The notes beneath the pieces are model-generated. The model searched no databases. It saw only the letters and a list, made by a program, of their open reading frames with translations, and had not been told where the DNA came from. Below are positions 57,298-64,000 of a stretch of DNA of 64,000 nt, in pieces. Source of the DNA: Maricaulaceae bacterium. GTDB taxonomy: Bacteria; Pseudomonadota; Alphaproteobacteria; Caulobacterales; Maricaulaceae. The position numbers were made by a program, and so were the translations under genes. The stretch's first letter is position 1. Each line of letters begins with the position of its first letter. The stretch covers positions 73,106-137,105 of the forward strand of contig JBLWUN010000006.1 in NCBI GenBank assembly GCA_048268905.1, in the 5' to 3' direction.

Positions 57298-57726
57298 CTA
57301 ATAGCGTCTGCGGCGAGGGTGCGTCCGGCGCGTTTTAATGCGGGGACTCGCGCCCGAGAAATATGAATTTCCGGCGAACCCGTTCGGCCCGAAAAACCGG
57401 CTATTGCCGGAATATGTGCGCCCATATCGAGATTTAGGTACGGATTGCACCGGATTCTTGGCCTGCATTGCCAGAATTGCATTTTCGCGTTTTAGGGCGG
57501 CGAGGGCGCGTTCATTCTCGCGCTGTTGCGCGGCGTGCTGACGCGACTGTTCGCGCTGCTGGGCTGCGGCCTGAGCGGCGGCCATGGCTTGGTAGTTGTA
57601 AGCGGGATGTTGACCGCGGTAAACGACAACCCCTTGTTCGTGTTGCACCTCATAGCCGGAACCGGCGAAAGCGGACGCCGGGGCGAAGTATATGAAAAGA
57701 CAAAAAAGAGACAAAAGGTAACGCAT
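57298..57726 (-). CDS. Hypothetical small secreted protein (Q/A-rich coiled segment, basic C-terminus)
   Basis: Signal peptide MRYLLSLFCLFIYFAPASAFA, then QAMAAAQAAAQQREQSRQHAAQQRENERALAALKRE, then a Gly/Asn/Phe/Arg-rich end. No family recognised. Confidence 0.55.
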   Translation of the reverse strand: MRYLLSLFCLFIYFAPASAFAGSGYEVQHEQGVVVYRGQHPAYNYQAMAAAQAAAQQREQSRQHAAQQRENERALAALKRENAILAMQAKNPVQSVPKSRYGRTYSGNSRFFGPNGFAGNSYFSGASPRIKTRRTHPRRRRY

Positions 57727-57779
57727 AGCCTCGGGTTTGCAAAACCGGGGCCAACAGGCGTGTGACAGCTATATTTGTC

Positions 57780-58508
57780 TTATGGGCGAATGCGCCGCTC
57801 TCGAAGGGCTGCATAATCCCTCTCGCAAGATCGGAGCATGTCCTGATAGGCGTCTGGCACAACGGGCTGGGAGGCGGGCGGCGGGCCGAACCCCGTGGAG
57901 CTCTCGACCGAGGCGTACCAATAGGGAGCCCAGGCGCCGTCCTCTGGGCGAGCGCCTGCGGGCCAACTGAGCATGCCGGTGTCAAACGGGATGTCCAGCG
58001 CGGCGCACAAGGCTTTGAGCATAGGCTCCGGCGCCGTGAGGATATCGACGCTGTCGATGATCGGGGGCGGCGTGCCTGTGAGGGTCTGCAGCGTGTCGAA
58101 CAGGCGGCGCTGCGGCGCAAATCCAAGATCGTCCTCGGTGAACGCGGCGCGGCCTTTGGCATAAGACGCAATCACCCGCGCAGGCTCGCGCAGCAGGAAA
58201 AAATGTTTAGCAGATTTGGCCCAGCCGAGCGGAAAATCCGGCAGCATATGGTGTGGCATGTGTTTTTGAAAATAGTAAGCCGCGCCGCCGGGGGCAGGAC
58301 TGGCGCAAATCTGCGCCACTTTTTCGGGGTCGGTTTCATGGGATTTTAGCGTTTCCGTCCGTCCCGGATGCTCTTTTCCCGTGACGTTTAAGAACGGCGC
58401 AAAAAAAGGCTCGTCGAGCACTGCGCAATCGGCCCGCCCGCCAAAGCTTCGCATCATAGCGGTGGACAGGTTTCGGGGACCGGACCACATACAAATCGCT
58501 TGGCTCAT
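57780..58508 (-). CDS. Sulfotransferase-like P-loop fold protein (function unknown)
   Basis: 242 aa. N-terminal MWSGPRNLSTAMMRSF resembles the 5'-phosphosulfate-binding loop of sulfotransferases. AGGAGG lies 5 nt upstream of the ATG. The family assignment is from memory of motifs and is not verified. Confidence 0.6.
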   Translation of the reverse strand: MSQAICMWSGPRNLSTAMMRSFGGRADCAVLDEPFFAPFLNVTGKEHPGRTETLKSHETDPEKVAQICASPAPGGAAYYFQKHMPHHMLPDFPLGWAKSAKHFFLLREPARVIASYAKGRAAFTEDDLGFAPQRRLFDTLQTLTGTPPPIIDSVDILTAPEPMLKALCAALDIPFDTGMLSWPAGARPEDGAWAPYWYASVESSTGFGPPPASQPVVPDAYQDMLRSCERDYAALRERRIRP

Positions 58509-58539
58509 TACCGCCTCCTCGTAAGCTGAAATCTTATTA

Positions 58540-58614
58540 ATGCATCTGTGTCTTATGCATCTGTGTCTTATGCGCCTGTGTCTTATGCGCCTGTGTCTTA
58601 TGCATCTGTGTCTT
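58540..58614. repeat. Tandem repeat, 5 x 15 bp (ATGCATCTGTGTCTT / ATGCGCCTGTGTCTT; pattern A-A-B-B-A)
   Basis: Read directly. Units are at 58540, 58555, 58570, 58585 and 58600. Variants differ only at two adjacent positions (AT vs GC). The array spans the aminotransferase stop codon (58598-58600). Confidence 0.97.
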
Positions 58615-59512
58615 GGTCGATGAGGGCCAGATAGAGCTTTTGCAAGCGCCGGGTTAAAGGTCCGCGCGCGCCGCTGCCGATGGTGCGGCCATCCACATTC
58701 CCCACGGGCGCAAGACCTGCGAATGTGCCGGTCGTGAACGCTTCATCCGCGCCGTAAACTTTCGCGAGCGGAAAGTTCTTCTCAAAGACCGGAATATCGT
58801 TGTCGCGGCAAAGCTTGATGATCTTGGCGCGGGTAATGCCGCCCAGACAGTAATCACCCGAGGATGTCCAGACTTCGCCGTCCCGCACGATGAAGAAATG
58901 CGTCGAATTGCATGTGGCGACAAACCCTTGCGGGTCGAGCATAAGCCCTTCATCAGCGCCCGCTTTTATGGCTTGAATACAGGCGGTGATACAATTGATT
59001 TTAGAATGGGAGTTCAAGCCCGGATCCTGTACATCAGGCCGCCCGCGCCGCACAGAGACGGTGTAAAGCGAAAGCGCATTTTCAGCGGTTTTCGGGTCGG
59101 CCTTTTTATATTCCGGGGCAATAACAATGGTCGCCTCGCTGATGATAACGCGCGGGTCTTGATAGGGGGTGGAGCGCAATCCGCGCGTGACCATAAGGCG
59201 AATATGAACATCTTCTTGCATGTGGTTGGCGGCCAGCGTGTCGTAGATGCGCTTGGTCAACGCCTCTTTTGTCAGGCCAATATCCAGATCGAGCGCCGCC
59301 GCGCCTTCCCATAGGCGTTTTAAGTGATCGGTTAAAAACGCAACTTTCCCGTGGTGAACGCGCAATCCTTCCCAAATGCCGTCGCCAAGCATAAAGCCGG
59401 AATCGAAAATATTCACAACCGCCTTGTCGCGGGTCACCAGGTGACCATTGACGTTAAACAGAACCCCGTCATTGCGCGGGTCGGGAATATAGGCGTGAGA
59501 ACCGTAGGACAT
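58598..59512 (-). CDS. Class IV (fold-type IV) PLP-dependent aminotransferase, BCAT/D-AAT-like
   Basis: 304 aa with FDSGFMLGDGIWEGLRV, RLMVTRG, SKINCITACIQ (putative PLP lysine), EGLMLD and TGTFAGLAPV. Confidence 0.88.
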   Translation of the reverse strand: MSYGSHAYIPDPRNDGVLFNVNGHLVTRDKAVVNIFDSGFMLGDGIWEGLRVHHGKVAFLTDHLKRLWEGAAALDLDIGLTKEALTKRIYDTLAANHMQEDVHIRLMVTRGLRSTPYQDPRVIISEATIVIAPEYKKADPKTAENALSLYTVSVRRGRPDVQDPGLNSHSKINCITACIQAIKAGADEGLMLDPQGFVATCNSTHFFIVRDGEVWTSSGDYCLGGITRAKIIKLCRDNDIPVFEKNFPLAKVYGADEAFTTGTFAGLAPVGNVDGRTIGSGARGPLTRRLQKLYLALIDQDTDA

Positions 59513-59617
59513 AATTCACTCTTACTTTTACTTTAGTGTTTGGATGGCCCTTCACCTATAGTCTTTGTGCCACATCTTGCGAAACCAAAACGTGCGAAAC
59601 TTATTGGGAAGTGACTT

Positions 59618-59654
59618 GAAAAAAGACTACCCCCTCCGGCTGGGCCGGAGGGGG
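59618..59654 (-). terminator. Rho-independent terminator of the 2-hydroxyacid dehydrogenase / MBL-hydrolase operon
   Basis: Perfect 11-bp stem CCCCCTCCGGC / GCCGGAGGGGG with a 3-nt loop. On the minus strand it is followed by tagTCTTTTTTC. Confidence 0.78.
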
Positions 59655-59723
59655 AGTCGTGCGCTTTCAAGGAACCGGTTGATTGGGGGAACCGATCCCT
59701 TTTGGCGCGCGCCCCGTTAAATT

Positions 59724-60641
59724 CTATTTTTCTTGCAAAGAGCGATAGGCGATTCGAACCATTTTGTCCTCATCAATAAATGCAGAAAGCGAGGATAAGT
59801 CTTTCAGAGGCCGCGCGGCCAGAATGTCGTCCAGCGCTGTGCCTTCATCTATAGATGCCTGAATTCGGCTTTGAATATCAAGAAGCTGATCGCGGGTGGC
59901 TTCAAGGCCTGCACGTGACGACATATCGCCGTGTCCGGGAATAACGCGCGTATTCTCATCGATCATATTGATCGCTTTCATTTGCGCGGCGATCATGCCT
60001 TGCAATGACCCGCCGCTGTCAATGTCTACATAGGGAAACATACCATTGAAGAAATTATCGCCCATATGCAGCACGTTGGCCTCTTGGAAATGGACGATGG
60101 AATCGCCGTCTGTGTGGCCTCCGGGAACATGTATCACGTGCACCGTTTGGTCATTAATATGAAATGTTGCATTTTCGGAAAAGGTAAGCGTTGGCCACAG
60201 ATTAGGCGAGGTCGCCTCGACTGTGTTTCCCCAAAGCTTATTCTCAAAGGTCATACCCATGCGCGCGCGCACATTGTCATGGGCGACAATCGTTGCTCCG
60301 GCTGTTTTCAAAACGCTATTCGCGCCCGTATGGTCGCCATGATAGTGCGTATTGACCACATAGCGAATGGGCTGGTCTGAGAGCGCTTCAATCTGGGCGA
60401 TGATCTCCTCGCCGAAACGCTCATATTTATCATCAATGACAAAAACGCCGTCCTCACCAATCGAGACGCCAATATTTCCACCGGGGCCGATCAAGCGGTA
60501 TATGCCATCGGTGACGATTTCTGCGGTAATTTCTGTCTTTGGGGCGTCGTCATCGCCTGCGGCGTATGCGGGAGCTGCCGTCAATAAAATGGCCGATAGC
60601 GCAAAGGTCGAAAAGGTCGCGTGTTTCGCGGTCTTGAACAT
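59724..60641 (-). CDS. Secreted MBL-fold metallo-hydrolase
   Basis: Signal peptide ...LLTAAPAYA|AGD. HxHxDH motif THYHGDHTG and later His contexts HVPGGHTDGD and IPGHGD. Confidence 0.88.
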   Translation of the reverse strand: MFKTAKHATFSTFALSAILLTAAPAYAAGDDDAPKTEITAEIVTDGIYRLIGPGGNIGVSIGEDGVFVIDDKYERFGEEIIAQIEALSDQPIRYVVNTHYHGDHTGANSVLKTAGATIVAHDNVRARMGMTFENKLWGNTVEATSPNLWPTLTFSENATFHINDQTVHVIHVPGGHTDGDSIVHFQEANVLHMGDNFFNGMFPYVDIDSGGSLQGMIAAQMKAINMIDENTRVIPGHGDMSSRAGLEATRDQLLDIQSRIQASIDEGTALDDILAARPLKDLSSLSAFIDEDKMVRIAYRSLQEK

Positions 60642-60651
60642 AATCGTCTCC

Positions 60652-61677
60652 TTAAGACGCTTTGGAAAAATTGGGTCCCGGCGGAAGAACGCGGTCGGGA
60701 ACGCGGTGATGGTCCATGTGGGCCCGAATATTAATCAGCACTTTCTGTCCCATTTCCCGGCGCGATTCGTGTGTTGCCGAGCCAATATGCGGCGCGAGGA
60801 TCACATTGGGGAGGTTCATCAAATCGGGGTGAACTTTTGGCTCGTGTTCGTAAACATCCAGTCCCGCGCCGCCAATGCGGCCTTCTGCGAGGGCTTTTGC
60901 CAGCGCCGCTTCGTCGATCACATCGCCGCGCGAGGTGTTAACGATATAGCTGTCGGCAGACATGCGGGCGAGGGCTGCCGTATCAATCAGGTGATAGGTC
61001 TCGGGTGTTTTCGGGCAATTGATTGAGACAATATCCACGGTTTCGAGCATCGCGCCCAAATCATCCCAATAATTTGCGCTGAGCTCTCGGGCGATGGGCG
61101 CAGGGATGGGGCGCCGGTTATGGTAATGGACTTCGAGCCCAAAGGCGTGGGCGCGGCGCGCCACGGCTTGCCCGATGCGTCCCATGCCGACAATGCCGAG
61201 TTTTTTACCGCGAACGCGGTGTCCCAAGGTGCTGGTGGGTGTCCACCCTGTAAATCCTCCGGCGCGCGTGATCCGGTCACCTTCAACGAGGCGGCGCGGC
61301 ACCGCCAAAATCAGCGCCATGGTTAAATCGGCCGTATCTTCGGTCAAAACGCCGGGCGTATTGGTGACGATAATTCCCCGCGCATGGGCACACGCCACGT
61401 CGATATGATCTGTGCCCGCGCCGTAATTGGCAATCAGGCGCAAATTGGGTCCGGCGGCATTTATGATATCGGCATCAATGCGGTCCGTCACCGTTGGCAC
61501 AAGAACGTCGCATTCGGCGACTGCGGCTTTTAACTCTGCCGCGCTCATGGCCACATCTTTGGTGTTGAGTGTGGTGCCAAATAGCGCGGAGAGCCGCGCC
61601 TCAATCTCCGCGGGTAAGCGGCGCGTCACAATAACGCTGGCGGATTTCGGGGATCGATTTTTGGCGGTGTCATTCAT
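60652..61677 (-). CDS. D-isomer-specific 2-hydroxyacid dehydrogenase (glyoxylate/hydroxypyruvate reductase-like)
   Basis: NAD-binding LGIVGMGRIGQAVARRA. Catalytic contexts NTSRGDVIDE and APHIGSAT. Confidence 0.9.
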   Translation of the reverse strand: MNDTAKNRSPKSASVIVTRRLPAEIEARLSALFGTTLNTKDVAMSAAELKAAVAECDVLVPTVTDRIDADIINAAGPNLRLIANYGAGTDHIDVACAHARGIIVTNTPGVLTEDTADLTMALILAVPRRLVEGDRITRAGGFTGWTPTSTLGHRVRGKKLGIVGMGRIGQAVARRAHAFGLEVHYHNRRPIPAPIARELSANYWDDLGAMLETVDIVSINCPKTPETYHLIDTAALARMSADSYIVNTSRGDVIDEAALAKALAEGRIGGAGLDVYEHEPKVHPDLMNLPNVILAPHIGSATHESRREMGQKVLINIRAHMDHHRVPDRVLPPGPNFSKAS

Positions 61678-61838
61678 AAGTGCAACATTCGGCTATCGTG
61701 CGGATTTTTCAAGGCTAGAATTATATTTCTTACGCAAAATTATGCTGAATTTCGTAAAATGACGTGCACTCTTTACGCTCCGTTTAGGTATTTACGGCCA
61801 TAAGCATGGTTAATCATTCATGACGCGAACCTGAGCGA

Positions 61839-62420
61839 ATGTGGAGCAAAAGGTTTATGGGACTTCCCCTCAAAATAGTTAAAACAGTCGGCGTTCTTTT
61901 GGCGTGCGGCGTCGGGCTGCAGACGGCCGCCGCGCAAACCGCGCCGCGCCGCGTGGTGACCGAAGATGTTACGCCTGTCAAACAGATCAAACATGTATCG
62001 GCAGCCAATACACATTCGGGTTTCGAAGTGCCCCGCTATGTGTCTTTGAAATACAACAAGGTCAATGGCCGCCAAGGGCCAAGCCTTAACCATCCCGTGC
62101 TTTGGCAATATCGCCGCAAGGGTCTGCCGCTGATTGTGGTGGCTGAGATGGATATTTGGCGCAAAGTTCGCGATATGAAAGGGGATGAAAGCTGGGTGCG
62201 TACGCAAGCTCTGTCCGGCGAGCGTTTTGTCATTACCCAGAACGAGGTCAATCTGTACCGAAAGCCCGCCAACGATGAACGCATCATCGCCGTATCCGAG
62301 GCCGGAGCGCTGTTGAGCCTTGGTGAATGTGTGGACGCCAATTGGTGCGAAGTGAAATCCAGCAGCGGCTATAAAGGTTGGGCCGAGCGCCGAAAATTGT
62401 GGGGCGCAGCGCCGTTCTAA
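61839..62420 (+). CDS. Secreted SH3-like domain protein (COG3807-type)
   Basis: Signal peptide ...LACGVGLQTAAAQ. Two SH3b-like segments (RYVSLKYNKVNGRQGPSLNHPVLWQY..., LYRKPANDERIIAVSEAGALLSLGEC...WCEVK). The neighbourhood next to irr/fabA is conserved. Confidence 0.7.
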   Translation: MWSKRFMGLPLKIVKTVGVLLACGVGLQTAAAQTAPRRVVTEDVTPVKQIKHVSAANTHSGFEVPRYVSLKYNKVNGRQGPSLNHPVLWQYRRKGLPLIVVAEMDIWRKVRDMKGDESWVRTQALSGERFVITQNEVNLYRKPANDERIIAVSEAGALLSLGECVDANWCEVKSSSGYKGWAERRKLWGAAPF

Positions 62421-62465
62421 GCGGCGTTAGGTTCGATAGCGAAAGGCCGGAAAGACCGAGTGCCT

Positions 62466-62885
62466 TTATATGTTTGGATGTGAACGGGTGCGTATGATCA
62501 CATCAACCCGTTCGATATTTTGCCCGCTCGGCAGCTCTGGAAGCCCGTCCAAGCGCAGTTCGCTCGCGTCAATATCCGACAAGCTGTGCGTGCGTTCATC
62601 ATAGAGGTGAAAATGCGCGCGCGTATTTGTGTCATAAAACACCCGCCCGGCGTCAATGCTCACCGTATGAAGAAGTCCTGCCTCGGTAAACGTCCCGAGA
62701 GTATTGTAGACCGTCGCCAGCGAGACATTGGCGTCTTGGCATTGCATTTCGCGGTGTACGCCCTCGGCTGTCACGTGCTTGTCTTCGCCGGAAAAAAGCC
62801 ATGCCGCAATCAGCCGTCTTTGACGCGTCGGGCGAAGCCCTGCGCCTGCTAGCCGGTTATGAATGTCGATATTGCTTTGGGTCAT
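62466..62885 (-). CDS. irr: Fur-family iron response regulator Irr
   Basis: 139 aa with Fur fold (LRPTRQRRLIA...ATVYNTL). HFH motif (RAHFHLYDE) as in Irr. No C-terminal CxxC pair. Classic position upstream of fabA. Confidence 0.85.
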   Translation of the reverse strand: MTQSNIDIHNRLAGAGLRPTRQRRLIAAWLFSGEDKHVTAEGVHREMQCQDANVSLATVYNTLGTFTEAGLLHTVSIDAGRVFYDTNTRAHFHLYDERTHSLSDIDASELRLDGLPELPSGQNIERVDVIIRTRSHPNI

Positions 62886-62900
62886 GGTCCATCACTTTTG

Positions 62901-62919
62901 TTTCTGGAATAGTTCTAAT
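62901..62919. promoter_or_regulatory. ICE-like (Irr-box-like) inverted repeat in the irr-fabA intergenic region
   Basis: TTTCTGGAATAGTTCTAAT compared with the ICE consensus TTTAGAA-N3-TTCTAAA. The left half matches 5/7 and the right half 6/7. Confidence 0.3.
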
Positions 62920-63023
62920 GTGAAGCGCGGGTAAAGTCGAGGATGGATTCTCTCCTGCAAAATGGCTTGAGTTTGAAGCCCAAGCCATTAGGTTAGAAGA
63001 TTAAGATATTCGGGAAATACAAC

Positions 63024-63542
63024 ATGACAAAAATACTCTCTTCCTATGACTATGATGATCTCATTGAGAGCGGCGAAAAAAGCCTCTTTGGTGACGGCAA
63101 CGCAAAATTACCGCTCCCGCCGATGTTGATGTTTGATCGCATTACGCACATTGCGGACACGGGAGGCGATAATGACAAAGGTCTGATTACGGCGGAACTT
63201 GACGTGAATCCCGATCTCTGGTTTTTCGATTGCCACTTTCGCGGCGACCCCGTGATGCCGGGCTGTTTGGGGCTTGATGCGATGTGGCAGCTTGTCGGCT
63301 TTTTTCTCGGCTGGTCTGGCTCTCCGGGACGGGGGCGCGCGCTGGGTGTTGGTGAAGTGAAATTCACTGGACAAGTCACGCCCGATATTAAAAATGTGCG
63401 TTATGAAATTCATATGAAGCGTATCATCCGCCGTTCTCTCGTTCTCGGGATCGCAGACGGCGTCATGTCCGCGGATGGTGAAGTGATTTACAAAGCCAAA
63501 GACCTACGGGTCGGACTGTTCAAACCTGAGGGAGACGCTTAA
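63024..63542 (+). CDS. fabA: 3-hydroxydecanoyl-ACP dehydratase / trans-2-decenoyl-ACP isomerase
   Basis: Active-site context [27 protein letters not shown]. 172 aa. Confidence 0.95.
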   Translation: MTKILSSYDYDDLIESGEKSLFGDGNAKLPLPPMLMFDRITHIADTGGDNDKGLITAELDVNPDLWFFDCHFRGDPVMPGCLGLDAMWQLVGFFLGWSGSPGRGRALGVGEVKFTGQVTPDIKNVRYEIHMKRIIRRSLVLGIADGVMSADGEVIYKAKDLRVGLFKPEGDA

Positions 63543-64000
63543 TGCGCCGCGTTGTTGTTACGGGTCTAGGCATTGTTTCTTGTATCGGAAATGATGCGAA
63601 TGAAGTTGCCGAGAGCCTCAAAGCGGGCCGCTCGGGGATCACATTTGATGAAAAACAGGCCGAACTAGGCTTTCGGTCCTGTGTGTCGGGCCGTCCAACG
63701 CTGGACCCTAAAGATCATGTACACAAGCGCTCTTACCGTTTCATGGGCGAGGCCGCCGGGTGGAGCGCGGTGGCGATGCAGCAAGCGCTTGAAGATGCGG
63801 GCCTGACCGAGGATGAAATTTCTGATCCGCGGGTGGGTATTATTGCCGGTTCCGGTGGTCCGTCCTCTATTGAGATTGTCCGCGCCGCAGACATTACCCG
63901 CACGAATAACAGCCCCAAACGCATTGGGCCTTTTGCTGTGCCAAAAGCCATGTCCTCCACGATCTCCGCGACATTGGCGACGCACTTCAAAATTAAGGGC
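63542..64000 (+). CDS. fabB: Beta-ketoacyl-ACP synthase I (N-terminal 153 codons; continues beyond the window end)
   Basis: My own translation gives [35 protein letters not shown]...GPFAVPKAMSSTISATLATHFKIKG. The ATG overlaps the fabA stop (TAATG). Adjacency to fabA favours FabB over FabF. Confidence 0.88.
   Translation, partial: MRRVVVTGLGIVSCIGNDANEVAESLKAGRSGITFDEKQAELGFRSCVSGRPTLDPKDHVHKRSYRFMGEAAGWSAVAMQQALEDAGLTEDEISDPRVGIIAGSGGPSSIEIVRAADITRTNNSPKRIGPFAVPKAMSSTISATLATHFKIKG

Noticed and set aside
58540-58623. 27-aa plus-strand ORF (MHLCL MHLCL MRLCL MRLCL MHLCL GR) encoded by the tandem repeat
   Set aside because: It has no Shine-Dalgarno sequence. It is antisense to an operon. The reading frame is a trivial consequence of ATG occurring in each 15-bp unit. 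It is noted only as a curiosity.
1-64000. Search for tRNA/rRNA genes, CRISPR arrays, IS elements/transposases, integrases, prophage or toxin-antitoxin/defence cassettes
   Set aside because: I found none by eye. No intergenic gap has tRNA-like T-arm sequences. There are no spaced direct-repeat arrays other than the 5 x 15-bp repeat. No ORF has DDE, tyrosine-recombinase or phage-like motifs. Covariance-model (tRNAscan/Infernal) and defence-system HMM scans would be needed for certainty.

Overview
This is a gene-dense, mostly core chromosomal segment of an alphaproteobacterium. The assignment rests on signature neighbourhoods: carD-fdxA-S4-helicase, mutS-glnD-murJ, rpsT-dnaA, mutM/ubiE and irr-fabA-fabB. 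GC looks mid-50s % by eye. I support about 58 CDS plus several terminators and operator-like motifs. I found no rRNA, tRNA, CRISPR array, transposase, integrase or phage genes.

Main blocks:
- Housekeeping genes: carA, ampG, mutS, glnD, murJ, trpS.
- An envelope operon: CPBP protease, uppP, serine hydrolase.
- gltD-gltB.
- A complete Tad/Flp (Cpa) pilus locus at 31.9-43.5 kb. Its 56-aa pilin gene is missing from the supplied ORF track.
- recF-dnaN-[Baeyer-Villiger monooxygenase]-dnaA-rpsT.
- mutM/ubiE, and irr-fabA-fabB.

I see no clear-cut novel system. The best candidates for follow-up are:
1. An uncharacterised minus-strand operon at 57.3-59.5 kb: a class IV aminotransferase, a sulfotransferase-like P-loop protein and a small secreted protein. 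A 5 x 15-bp tandem repeat straddles the aminotransferase stop codon and carries an in-frame TAA in every unit.
2. A small membrane-protein/XRE-regulator operon with a nested 53-bp palindromic operator, divergent from an orphan Cys-rich radical SAM gene (6.5-8.3 kb).
3. A 450-bp AT-rich, ORF-free divergent control region upstream of gltD that carries three GACAA-N-TTGTC palindromes.

All functional calls come from reading motifs in the translations. No database search was possible.
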